DNA of 63,269 nt, filler included, from Candidatus Sysuiplasma jiujiangense (GTDB lineage: Archaea > Thermoplasmatota > Thermoplasmata > Sysuiplasmatales > Sysuiplasmataceae), in the NCBI GenBank assembly GCA_019721075.1. It is 3 parts of 3 records of this genome, joined end to end, with 100 filler letters (N's around TTAATTAATTAA, not from the genome) between each part and the next. Parts side by side here need not be neighbours in the genome. Positions count along the whole stretch, not along the records: positions 1 to 23,145 come from JAHEAD010000021.1; 2 more parts are not named here. One strand, written 5' to 3'. The stretch's first letter is position 1, and the number at the start of each line of letters is the position of its first letter. This document shows positions 8,201 to 16,815 of this stretch, piece by piece. The position numbers and the translations under genes were made by a program. The notes beneath the pieces were generated by a model. It saw nothing but the letters and a program-made list of their open reading frames with translations, was not told where the DNA came from and searched no databases.

Positions 8201-10001
8201 CGACAGTCCACGAGAAAGTCTGGGTCGGTCCATCCATGCTCGATAGGATGCCTTCCGAGACTGAAGGATTGTTATTGAAGGACGCAGTTATCGTGTAAGT
8301 CCCCGTATGAGAGTATGAATGAGTGAATATCTGTGAATACGTAGTCCCGACTGAATTTGAGACAGTGCCATCACCCCACGCAATAGTCACGGATTCGCCT
8401 TCTCCAGCAAAGACTGGCTGTGAGATGTTGAAATACAGCCGCATCTCAGATCCAGTTCCCATGAACTGGAGATATGAACTCACATAGGTTGGTGGTATGT
8501 TTGCAACACTTATTGTCTGGATGTAATTGTCTATTGTTTGTGCAGATGAATAGGCTGATGAATAGGTATACGTATGGTATTCTTGAGTTGACTGCTGGGT
8601 ATACGAGCCATTATTGAGAGATACCAGGAAGCCTGCCTGCGGGCATGAATAATCGACCTGCTCCAGGCTGCTCACAGTGACTGTCGGGTTAAAGGTTGCA
8701 GAATCGGTTGAGAGGGAATTGATGGCGGACTCGTATTTGCCATAATACGCACCTGACGGCGTCGAAAATGAAAAGGGCACGGCGTAAGTAAATTCATTTG
8801 GAGATGGATTGGAAGGCGAATACGCAATTGAGTCTGTAAAGTAGCTGCTGAGACTGTTGTAAGTAGCCTGCTCCTGGTTTTCGAGCGTTATGACATAGGT
8901 CACGTCCGATGCCGATGATGTAACAGAACCGGACCCTCCGGGATTCGGGTCTCCTGTTACGGCACCTGTAACGAATCTTATTGCATCCGTACCAGAGAGA
9001 AGCCCTGGCGTGCTTGGCGATGATGTCGTCAGCATCGTTGATGATCCACAGTATGTTGCATATATCCCAGATATGCTTGGGTTGCTGAAGACAACATCAT
9101 ATGATGCCTCCTGGCTTGGTATATTGAAGGTGCAGGTGTCTGCTGAATAATGGAAGCCTATTACGCCATTTATTGCGGTGTTTGAACCGGTTCCAGAAGT
9201 TGAAACTGAATTTGTCTGCGAACCCGTATCCGACGTCATTCCTGATGGCATCGTATACCATGAATATCCGGAAGGTAGAACGTCACTGAACAGGACTGAC
9301 CAGCCGCCCACCTGTTCGTTCAAGCCTCCTCCGTAAACCGTCCACTGCGGGTCTATATAGGCATACGCCTTAACATCGGTAGTTGACACGCAGTCATTAA
9401 ATGTATGCGACCAGGAATACACCGAGCCATCTGGAGACGTTAAATTCGCATACACCGTCCCAATGTATGTAACTATAGAGCTGGATATGACGGCATTCCC
9501 GATGACAAACGCTGCCTGGTCCAGCTCAACATCTGCCTGATCCTTGAACATTCCGAAATAGTAAGGCGCAATTGATGGCGACGCGAAATCCTGTGTCCAT
9601 ACCGCGACCGTCGATGATTGTTTTGTCCATGCCAGCGACGATGAGAAGGCAGCTATGGATGAGAACGTTGAGTTATCGCAGATTGGCACATCGAACGTAT
9701 AGGGTGTATTGGATTCAGCAGTCAGGGTGTAATAGGATGCACTCACAGACACAGAGGCTGACGGGTCCGAGGACGGTGAAAGCGCATGAGAGGCGATGGT
9801 TGAATCGGGAATGCCGGGTTGCATGTCTCCGGCATGCCCTAGTGCTATGGCAGGAATCGCAGAGAGGATCATCACAGAAACCAGCAGGAAGACTGTAACT
9901 ACATGAGACCTGGCCATGACATGCTTTTCCAGGACTGAAAGGTCACGGAGCCATGCACGGCGCCTTCTGTCCTCCATCTGCTTGACCTTCTTCTTTTTCA
10001 A
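5214..10001 (-). CDS. Large type I membrane glycoprotein / spike (1595 aa) with PKD and DUF2341-like domains
   Basis: Signal peptide, Ser/Thr/Tyr-rich beta sequence, PKD motif (TIAWGDGT...THSYSHTGTYTIT), DUF2341-like stretch (VLFRYANGSLI...WLLSLDSIPASGSATI), many NxS/T sites, C-terminal TM then RRR. Confidence 0.85.
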   Translation of the reverse strand: MKKKKVKQMEDRRRRAWLRDLSVLEKHVMARSHVVTVFLLVSVMILSAIPAIALGHAGDMQPGIPDSTIASHALSPSSDPSASVSVSASYYTLTAESNTPYTFDVPICDNSTFSSIAAFSSSLAWTKQSSTVAVWTQDFASPSIAPYYFGMFKDQADVELDQAAFVIGNAVISSSIVTYIGTVYANLTSPDGSVYSWSHTFNDCVSTTDVKAYAYIDPQWTVYGGGLNEQVGGWSVLFSDVLPSGYSWYTMPSGMTSDTGSQTNSVSTSGTGSNTAINGVIGFHYSADTCTFNIPSQEASYDVVFSNPSISGIYATYCGSSTMLTTSSPSTPGLLSGTDAIRFVTGAVTGDPNPGGSGSVTSSASDVTYVITLENQEQATYNSLSSYFTDSIAYSPSNPSPNEFTYAVPFSFSTPSGAYYGKYESAINSLSTDSATFNPTVTVSSLEQVDYSCPQAGFLVSLNNGSYTQQSTQEYHTYTYSSAYSSAQTIDNYIQTISVANIPPTYVSSYLQFMGTGSEMRLYFNISQPVFAGEGESVTIAWGDGTVSNSVGTTYSQIFTHSYSHTGTYTITASFNNNPSVSEGILSSMDGPTQTFSWTVAISVGISPPYGTALTSNEVVTMHFTAVNDIVGSVTAYDAGAEFQDSSFNAASGTMTMHPPSAGLTGFTLTLNFDGAFYSVSYQYSAPLYPSLNATFAVEIGANSFTQQYPIAINNTGTTPTGDFTYELTESSSYWSPYLNPVMRNVLFRYANGSLIKSELQAHSSSSATWLLSLDSIPASGSATILEIFYPTAESVFANQSLTESSYSGITQYIYPHENSTLVNSSNLSFVHYSAVSIYPPSNMNQSFTYFIPNYFDFRFVQINYNASWLFQYGSPSYVAQDFAYDSEVLFTNVSLVSEFTLSFVQPSSLLGSPMEVSVQLQSGNQTISAADLSEFIIQDRYTLFGSSTIHYVNESSEYFMVPFGSTDQFYILDPWDGIVGVSSSLLMDGSQFAFDIPLSLSLVTVQFVNTSATTIQLSQNGIAVAFNSYLAFYVGNDSSYQWYADIFDSSLGRNVIYSGTFRADAPAQTLYVNVTAPLAQVTFTVQAYTASGAGPLDTYPPDNITLEINGADYQADIPLTFQVGESLNVHVLDPLGDVLAQENLTVGGTIQSFTIQIGTPSYELSFRNDEQAAPGSQQATEYVNISRGSRSYTFTDMVGDTASLYLAAGSYHLYLHDNATFSTNISLAQNQNYVIFGQQLLTSQQFNNRINQIYNSTDHFSIVPKDAPSLIQTGSPVSLDFGMYCSNGTALTIQQLREFVSNSTVTLESGQTSVPLSVTETDYLVVNFTAPVSPGSYVLFIEGYLSSGGSTISAQYSLPLTFQASVQVGMQLTLSVPAEIEARTPTNGSISVDYGNGTPMDARYTHSVLGNLTVLIYSNGNLIAVSHPYYVAPGIIGFSLNISRTGSSYTIYSNVSRTMVAGSYAYASSHSGFIVVAYNPASGPPNSLGELSAYLSNNIDLLASVVTVLGVAYYAYRYLRRRSITLKNEENTVGLNIESSVIEKVLAGIPLTPPEQAIYEKIPKDRLNRIVNLATSGKIRSIRQRAKKVKKDGI

Positions 10002-10225
10002 TCTGCACCACTTGACCCAAGGCCGTAAAGGAAAGAGGCTATAGCGAAGAGCGTGAGAAATACGAAAAGGATAGTATATGTCGTGCTTACGTGCAGATAG
10101 CCGCCAGAAACATAGCTGCCCGCAGCCGACAGGAAGTCCAGTTCCTGGATAGTGTGTCCGCTGAATACCTCGTACCCAATGAACAGGAGAAGAAACAGGC
10201 CAATAAGGAAAGAGAGCGGACGCAT
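9998..10225 (-). CDS. 75-aa two-helix hydrophobic hairpin protein; candidate spindle-type capsid/envelope protein
   Basis: LIGLFLLLFIG...VSGG...TILFVFLTLFAIASFLY; size and topology resemble mature fusellovirus VP1/VP3. Confidence 0.6.
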   Translation of the reverse strand: MRPLSFLIGLFLLLFIGYEVFSGHTIQELDFLSAAGSYVSGGYLHVSTTYTILFVFLTLFAIASFLYGLGSSGAD

Positions 10226-10512
10226 TACAACTTACCTATCGTGTTATTGTACAGGTAGGAGCCTGCGGAGGAAAGGGCGCCGGATACGGCACTGACAACG
10301 GCATGGAAGAAAGAATCTATGAGATTGGCAATGCCAGATGTCACGGACGAGAAAATTGATGTGAAGGAACCGATGATACCATCGCCTGCGGGAGCAAGCG
10401 CGGATCTATCAAAGACAACGGCATAAATGATGGCAGTTATGACCACTGCGGCAATGAGATAAAGTATGAGCTCACCTGCCAGCGATGAGCCCTTTGGCTT
10501 GGGTGCTAATAT
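10225..10512 (-). CDS. Small membrane protein (TM plus amphipathic helix); probable non-canonical start
   Basis: The ORF-track frame (10225-10446) stays open to ATA at 10512, which sits 5 nt after a GAGGTG RBS; the extension completes the TM helix. Confidence 0.6.
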   Translation of the reverse strand: MLAPKPKGSSLAGELILYLIAAVVITAIIYAVVFDRSALAPAGDGIIGSFTSIFSSVTSGIANLIDSFFHAVVSAVSGALSSAGSYLYNNTIGKL

Positions 10513-10807
10513 ATTTCCACCTCATTAAGAAAAAATAAAATTTTACGGCCGGAAGCATGAAAAGGTTTGAGAGAGCGTGGCTGAGCCAGTTGAAGAAACC
10601 GGAGATAGCCTGCGCAATCCCGTTGAATGCAGCGGTTATCGGTGCGGCAAAGCTTGAGACTATGCCAACGCCAATACCTGCAACGGCCTGCTGGTCCAGG
10701 TAAAGAGCAAGGAAGACAGCGAAACCGATGGCTGCGACGATGAGAATGAATATCTCATCCGTTGTCAGCCCGATTCCGGTGGAGACTTCCTCCTCCTCAT
10801 CTGCCAA
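10472..10807 (-). CDS. Small membrane protein (TM plus amphipathic helix)
   Basis: Acidic N-terminus, IFILIVAAIGFAVFLALYL, then amphipathic AFNGIAQAISGFFNWLSHALSNLF. Confidence 0.7.
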   Translation of the reverse strand: MADEEEEVSTGIGLTTDEIFILIVAAIGFAVFLALYLDQQAVAGIGVGIVSSFAAPITAAFNGIAQAISGFFNWLSHALSNLFMLPAVKFYFFLMRWKYISTQAKGLIAGR

Positions 10808-10812
10808 TCACA

Positions 10813-11976
10813 TCACTCCTTGCGCTGCCTTGGGCGGAGCTTGTACCTCTTGGTGTTGATGACACCTACGATGGTCAGGAACAGACCGAACAGGACCACA
10901 TACCAGCCCAGGAGCGACCCAAGGACATTCGTGGATGCCGCATAGTTCGCGTATATTGAGCCATCCGGGACCACAATGTTCAGGAATATTCCTGCAACCT
11001 CGCCTATAACGAAGACGAAGCCCGTGTAGTGGTACTTTTGCCTGGTTGGGACCGCGGTGTACCCGAAGGCAAAGAGACCGCCAACCAGCAGGCCCATTGT
11101 GGCTCCTCCATATCCGAACAGTGGTGAGACATTTCCCATCTCACCGACCACAGCGTATATAAAGAGCCCAATGGCGCCCAGAATGATCGCGATCGGAAGC
11201 TCGTGCCTTGCCTGCTCTCGGGCAGCCCTGTCCTCCTCATCGCCGTAGTGCTCAGGTGTTGAGTACCACAGGAACACCGTTGCGAGAAGCAGGAACGCGA
11301 GCATGAAATAACTGACAAGATCCACCAGGTTGAATGACACCGATGCCTCGAAGTATTGCGTGAAGGTGAAGCTGAACTCTGTTGTCTTGTTGACTGTGGA
11401 ATTCACATTCATCTGGTACTGTGCAGTTCCAGACCACGGGGACGCGAACAGCTGGAGAAGGTTCACTGCCGGGTTATGCCCGAAAAGGTCGGTGCTCGGA
11501 CCGTAAAGCGTGAAGTTGAGAGCGTATCCGGTTACACCCTTGTCGCTCACAGATGTCGTACCGGAATCGTTGACATATTCACCGAAATACTGATAGAGGT
11601 TCGTTATCTTGCCGTCAACGCTTGTGAGGTCTGTGTACTCGTAATAGGCTGACTTTGTAAGCAGGTTGTATACTGACTGCGATGAGTTGTCGGTCATTAT
11701 GACAATGCGATTCACCGTAAAGTTAACGGGAAATGTCGCCGTTATTGAATCTGTGCCTGCGCCAGTGATGGTTGCCATCTTCCAGGTGTGCGACTGCGTG
11801 TTCAGGCCCCATACCTCCGAGACCTCGTTGCCGACGTTGAAGTTCTTGACCACATTCAAACCGCCATTGCTCTTTGCCTGCGCGGCTTCCCCGCCAATGA
11901 CGAGGATACCAAATGCAGCCGTGAAGACCACTATAAGAGCAATCAAAACCGTCCATATTCTTGTGTTCGTTTTCAT
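10813..11976 (-). CDS. Polytopic envelope protein (signal peptide, ~185-aa ectodomain, ~5 C-terminal TM helices); first gene of the structural operon
   Basis: Hydropathy pattern, NxT/S sites, basic C-terminal tail. Confidence 0.8.
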   Translation of the reverse strand: MKTNTRIWTVLIALIVVFTAAFGILVIGGEAAQAKSNGGLNVVKNFNVGNEVSEVWGLNTQSHTWKMATITGAGTDSITATFPVNFTVNRIVIMTDNSSQSVYNLLTKSAYYEYTDLTSVDGKITNLYQYFGEYVNDSGTTSVSDKGVTGYALNFTLYGPSTDLFGHNPAVNLLQLFASPWSGTAQYQMNVNSTVNKTTEFSFTFTQYFEASVSFNLVDLVSYFMLAFLLLATVFLWYSTPEHYGDEEDRAAREQARHELPIAIILGAIGLFIYAVVGEMGNVSPLFGYGGATMGLLVGGLFAFGYTAVPTRQKYHYTGFVFVIGEVAGIFLNIVVPDGSIYANYAASTNVLGSLLGWYVVLFGLFLTIVGVINTKRYKLRPRQRKE

Positions 11977-12139
11977 TTTCTCTCAGGAATCCAACAGGGA
12001 GATCGCCTGTCCGAGCCACTGGAATGCAACATCAGAGAGCCGATGCCTGAAGAGATTATCCCTCCTTTTTGCTAATTCCTGGGAAAAGAAGCCGTCCAAG
12101 TTTCTGGGGCTCGACAGCACTCATTTCCCCAGAAACTGT
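11977..12139 (-). ncRNA. Candidate structured 5' leader RNA of the structural operon
   Basis: Perfect 11-bp stem 12137-12127/12109-12099, several G-U-containing hairpins, and a long-range stem closing next to the ATG at 11976; TATA box at ~12168-12159. Confidence 0.55.
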
Positions 12140-12171
12140 GAATGGATATATTCAGAGGGTTATATATACAT

Positions 12172-15144
12172 TCATCTTGGCCTTCTGATCATGAGGTATA
12201 TACCGGCGGAAACACCGGCGGCCGAGGTAGCTATCAGGATCCAGAAGACATAGACCGGGAAAAAGTTCATCGGCGGCGCAGGCTGCACGGGGTTATACGG
12301 TGGCGGAGGCGACACATAAGGCGTTGCTGAGAATACTGGATCAAGAGGCATAGTTGCAGGGTTGTACGTTGCGTTCAACACGCCAGTGGAACTTGCGTCC
12401 TCAATGAATGATCCGAACAGTGAGCCGTTGTCTATTATCTGGATTCTGTACTGCTCGCCGGCATTCCCGGTGAATTGCAGGTCGACCGGAGGTGCCTTGG
12501 AGCTATTCACGCCAACCTGTATGTATGATGGCTCAACTGATTCCGAGTAATCGTAGCCTTTCCAGATGAAGTTGGGCTGTGGGCCGCCTGCAAGTCCATT
12601 TGAGTAGGAGATTGTGGGAACATTGTTAAGGATCTCGACGTCAGGAGTGATATTATATGTCCATGTCTTGAGATTCCAGATTGGAGCTGTCACCATTTTA
12701 CTCGTGTTGAATATATACTGCGGATTACTCAGGGAAACAGTATCATTGTAGAATGTTGGCATCTGGTAAGCAATCTGTCCTATGTAATTGCTTGCCTCTG
12801 CTGTCATGTTTCCAAGCGGTACATATGTCTCTATCGGTGAAGGCGCATAATAAAACAGGTTTCCTCCGATATGGTTGATGGAATGCCCTCCTGTGATGCT
12901 GCCGTATCCCTGATCACCACTTTCGTTATTGTTTGAGCCAATCGGGATTATTTGATTGTTCAGGTTCTCGAACACGTTGTCATATATGTAGTTGCACCCT
13001 GCCCAGTCCACAATATCCCATGTGTATGGCACTATAAGCGTTGAGTTCGGCCCCTGATCGTAGGAATAATCATTCATGAAAAGATTATGTGAAACATTCG
13101 ACTGTATATTCCCTTCGCCGAGGAGGACTGCGACTGGATCTGTCTCTGGCGCGAACGGACTGCTTCCGATAGGGACGGCCTGGAATGTGTTATACATAAC
13201 ATACAGATATGAAAGTGCAAATTTCGGATAAGGGACGTTCATGTCTTCGATGTCCTCCCCGATACCGACGTAGTAATGCGGCGATATGTAATCCATTGCG
13301 CTTTGGTTATAATATGTGTACGAAAATGTATCGTTGGTGTAATAAACGTAACTTGGATAAACTCCATTAAACATCTGGGCTGTGGTAGAACCGACTGCAT
13401 TCACCAAGACGAAATTGGAGAATATATCATGAGAAAACGTTGCCGTGATAGAAGATGCCGTACCGAAATGCAACATGCCACCCATATCTATCTCTGAGTA
13501 ACTTATATTAAACCAATTACCATCAGGATCAATGCAAACTGAATCTACGTTCAGCGTCATCAACTGAGGTATAGTATAGTTGAAATCTATCCAATCTTGG
13601 TACATCTGACCTATGCCCCATGATCGAGAGCTTTCTGTTGTGATAGGGTAATCAGGTATAACTGAGTAACTCATATTCGATATTGTTTCTGTTGAGTTGT
13701 AAAATGTGTCATGAAGCGCGTAGGTTGCGGCAAGCATCGATGACGAAACGTATGAATACTGCAAATATCTATATACGGAACTACTATCAACATCTTCTAA
13801 GTATGAACCGCTCACAGTGATATTTTTATTTGACGATGATGCACCGAGATTTATCTCATACATTCTGGTGCATTGGACGTTTACTATTCCGTTTGTGGAG
13901 TATTTCTCACCGACGATAGTATCGTTTACCAGAGTGATACTGCTGACTTGCGAAGAACTCCCTTTCGAAAAGATGTTTAGTACGAGGCCACACCTATCTG
14001 AAAAACCCATCACATTGGAATTTTGAATTGTTACATTTCCATTGTAGCCCTGGTAACCGCCCCCAAATTTTATCGTTATATTGACATGATTGAAAACAAG
14101 CGAAAGGTTGGGTGCTCCAAAAAAGACCTTGCTGCCAATCACGATGGTACCACCTGTAACCGTTGTATTTTGCGTTATCGCCCAGTTATTACTTCCAAAT
14201 GAAGTTGGGTTTGTAACTGGAATCTGAGTTCCTGACACATCCGCGGTCGATGTCGTATAATATCTTATAGGATTATACTCTTGGTAGGAGTACGTATTGG
14301 ATGAAGGAGTAAACCCTCCTCCTGATGAATTCACCATCCCATAGAGAACACCGGATATAGGATTTCCATATCCTTCCAGCCTAATGTTATAAGATAACGC
14401 AGTGTCGATCCCTTCGAATTCCACACTTCCATTTGATAGTGTGCTCCCCCAGCCAAGGAGTTTTCCGTTATTGGGACTTGTGGTGTTGTACAGTGAAATG
14501 TTCATCTGTGGGTAAGATTTCGGCGGTTGTGAGAGATCATTCAGAGAAGAGTATGCTGCCCAGATGGTTCCGGTGCCTCCATTATTAATCGTTACTGTAG
14601 CATAAGATGATGGAATCATGTAGATCGTTTTACTCCCGCCTGTTATGTAGATCATCTGCACAAAATTTTCATAGGAAGAAGAACTCGTTGTTGCCGATAC
14701 TGCATACCATCCAGGAGGGACAGAGAATGAAGCAATACCGGTTGCATTTGTTTTAGATGAATATGTAGCTCCGGTCGTTGTATTGTAGAGAGCAACTAAA
14801 ATCCCAACGCCTGCCGAATGAGATGAAAGGGTGCCGTTGTAAACAGTTACTGTGAATGATATATTCGAGGGGGGAGAATTCCACCATGAAGGTGCAGTAT
14901 TCATAAGAGCCGTAACATTCGATGGTGCGCCGAGTGAACTCAAAGGTACAGTAGGTCCTTGTGTTCCCTGCGCCCCGACATTCGATGGCACTGTCGGGGT
15001 TCCATACTGGTATGGGAAGGTAAAGGATGTCGAGGCGGATGGAATAGATGAAGCGTACGTGCCACCTGAATGTATAACCCCAAATGCCATAACTACGAAT
15101 AGGCCCACAATCAATAACGAAAGAATTTTACTCCATAATTTCAG
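12172..15144 (-). CDS. Large surface protein / putative receptor-binding adhesin (beta-helix-like repeats) with C-terminal TM; probable CTG start
   Basis: Signal peptide, Asn/Tyr/Ser-rich beta repeats (SHNLF, YDNVF, GGNLF), Pro-rich linker, TM then RRPR; visibly lower GC than its neighbours. Confidence 0.8.
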   Translation of the reverse strand: MKLWSKILSLLIVGLFVVMAFGVIHSGGTYASSIPSASTSFTFPYQYGTPTVPSNVGAQGTQGPTVPLSSLGAPSNVTALMNTAPSWWNSPPSNISFTVTVYNGTLSSHSAGVGILVALYNTTTGATYSSKTNATGIASFSVPPGWYAVSATTSSSSYENFVQMIYITGGSKTIYMIPSSYATVTINNGGTGTIWAAYSSLNDLSQPPKSYPQMNISLYNTTSPNNGKLLGWGSTLSNGSVEFEGIDTALSYNIRLEGYGNPISGVLYGMVNSSGGGFTPSSNTYSYQEYNPIRYYTTSTADVSGTQIPVTNPTSFGSNNWAITQNTTVTGGTIVIGSKVFFGAPNLSLVFNHVNITIKFGGGYQGYNGNVTIQNSNVMGFSDRCGLVLNIFSKGSSSQVSSITLVNDTIVGEKYSTNGIVNVQCTRMYEINLGASSSNKNITVSGSYLEDVDSSSVYRYLQYSYVSSSMLAATYALHDTFYNSTETISNMSYSVIPDYPITTESSRSWGIGQMYQDWIDFNYTIPQLMTLNVDSVCIDPDGNWFNISYSEIDMGGMLHFGTASSITATFSHDIFSNFVLVNAVGSTTAQMFNGVYPSYVYYTNDTFSYTYYNQSAMDYISPHYYVGIGEDIEDMNVPYPKFALSYLYVMYNTFQAVPIGSSPFAPETDPVAVLLGEGNIQSNVSHNLFMNDYSYDQGPNSTLIVPYTWDIVDWAGCNYIYDNVFENLNNQIIPIGSNNNESGDQGYGSITGGHSINHIGGNLFYYAPSPIETYVPLGNMTAEASNYIGQIAYQMPTFYNDTVSLSNPQYIFNTSKMVTAPIWNLKTWTYNITPDVEILNNVPTISYSNGLAGGPQPNFIWKGYDYSESVEPSYIQVGVNSSKAPPVDLQFTGNAGEQYRIQIIDNGSLFGSFIEDASSTGVLNATYNPATMPLDPVFSATPYVSPPPPYNPVQPAPPMNFFPVYVFWILIATSAAGVSAGIYLMIRRPR

Positions 15145-15208
15145 ATTTCATCACCTTCATGGTATGTTTTAATCAGGTTTAGTTATAGTCAGTGGCTTAT
15201 AAATACAT

Positions 15209-15412
15209 TCATCTTTTAAGCAATATTATGTTTCTGGGGAGATTCTTTATCTCCACCTGCATTGTGAGGCATTCCCGCACATGGTACCGTAGTGCCTTGT
15301 AGGGGATGCCAATCTGGAATGCGATTGCCCTTCCCCACGTCTGCCTTTTTTTCATGACGGCTGCGAGAATGATCCGGTCTACGGGGTGGGGCAGGTTGAC
15401 CTCCATGACCAC
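15209..15412 (-). CDS. Small HTH-like protein
   Basis: DRIILAAV...RAIAFQIGIPYKALRYHV resembles an HTH. Confidence 0.5.
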   Translation of the reverse strand: MVMEVNLPHPVDRIILAAVMKKRQTWGRAIAFQIGIPYKALRYHVRECLTMQVEIKNLPRNIILLKR

Positions 15413-15433
15413 CTCGGCCAGGTGTGTGCTCAG

Positions 15434-16051
15434 TCATCTCACCTCGTAGATTTTCTTCCCGTTCACAGTGTTCCTGATGAATTCTGGGCTCGGCTTGCTG
15501 TAGTACCGGAGAATCGTGGATGCGCTATCACCCGTGTTCTGGATCACTATCTCCATCGGGATTCCAAGTTCTCTGGAGAGCGATATGTATGTATGCCGGA
15601 TTGCATGCCAGCTCTTCTTCTTCCCTAATACCCGTGCAGTCCATGTCTGGATCTTCCGTTCTATCGTCTTGTGTGAGAATGGGAACAGCTTTGGATCCTT
15701 TCTCTTTTCGAGTGAGTTTATGTATCTTTTCAGGGACGCGAGTACCTCGTCTGGGACATAGATGTCCCGATACCTGTCCTTCTTCTCGTCCCAGACATGG
15801 ATCCGTCCCTCCGGCCCGTTTATGGATATTTCCTCCATGGATGCAATCTCCGAGATCCGCATCCCGGTGTAGAGTCCTGTCAGGATGAGAGTGTAATCGG
15901 AGATGTTGTCGGTTGTCCTCAGGATTGAATTTGCTTCCTCTATTGTCAGAGGGTCGTTCGAAGTCCTGTTTCTTGTTGTCTTATTTGCTGGCATTTTAGG
16001 ACTTTCTTTCTTTCTGACTGTCCTCTTTTTCTGAGTGGTATATATTCTCAT
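15434..16051 (-). CDS. Tyrosine recombinase 2 (catalytic domain only); start uncertain
   Basis: TGMRISE, DEKK, HAIRH, LRYY motifs; the usual LGH position reads TGD. Confidence 0.85.
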   Translation of the reverse strand: MRIYTTQKKRTVRKKESPKMPANKTTRNRTSNDPLTIEEANSILRTTDNISDYTLILTGLYTGMRISEIASMEEISINGPEGRIHVWDEKKDRYRDIYVPDEVLASLKRYINSLEKRKDPKLFPFSHKTIERKIQTWTARVLGKKKSWHAIRHTYISLSRELGIPMEIVIQNTGDSASTILRYYSKPSPEFIRNTVNGKKIYEVR

Positions 16052-16053
16052 TG

Positions 16054-16815
16054 TTACCTGCCCCCTCCTTTTTGTCCTAAACGTGAAGGAATAGGACAAT
16101 TATCCTGTGCCGTTTGCCTCACGTCACTAACTCCCCCAAACAAGGGCTTCCCTATCGGTTTATGGACTTCGAAATCCCAACTATATTTTTTACCTATTTC
16201 CTTAATCTGTTCTATAGTCGGAGTCTGATTATTCCTGATCCTCTTTTTAATTTCATCCCTCGATATGCCAAATTCCCATGAAAATACCTGGAATATACCG
16301 TAAAGGTCATCCTCATCGAATCCTTCATCGCATAGGGCATCAACCTCATAAAGCCTGCTTATGAATTTCTGGCATGAGGAATGGTAACAGAATGATTCGT
16401 ATGGATAATCGTCGAACCATTCATCGTACTCAGGAAGCCTCACATATCTTTCGTATTCCTCTCCTTTTGTTATTATTAGACCACAGATAGAACACGTGTG
16501 TTCCTTCTTTGCGATTGGATGGGTCCATGGCTCCCTCTCTTTCTTCGGGTGTTCTATCTCATGCTGTGACTGCAGGTTGTTCCTGAACTGCTTTAGAATA
16601 TCCGAATTCTGGCTATAGTCATATTTGATTGCAAACTCCCTTGAACATTTATCTGAACAATACACCTTTCTACCTGGTGCAAGGGGTTGGTCACAGTTGG
16701 CACATATGTGTTTCTCTTTTGAATCCCTGCGAATCCTCTCTGATTCCATTCTGATGGCTGTTCTTTTTTCCTCAACTTTCCTTCTTATTTCAATGGATAC
16801 TTTCATTTTCATCAA
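16054..16815 (-). CDS. Double zinc-finger protein
   Basis: CANC...YCSDKC and CSIC...HSSC motifs. Confidence 0.75.
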   Translation of the reverse strand: MMKMKVSIEIRRKVEEKRTAIRMESERIRRDSKEKHICANCDQPLAPGRKVYCSDKCSREFAIKYDYSQNSDILKQFRNNLQSQHEIEHPKKEREPWTHPIAKKEHTCSICGLIITKGEEYERYVRLPEYDEWFDDYPYESFCYHSSCQKFISRLYEVDALCDEGFDEDDLYGIFQVFSWEFGISRDEIKKRIRNNQTPTIEQIKEIGKKYSWDFEVHKPIGKPLFGGVSDVRQTAQDNCPIPSRLGQKGGGR

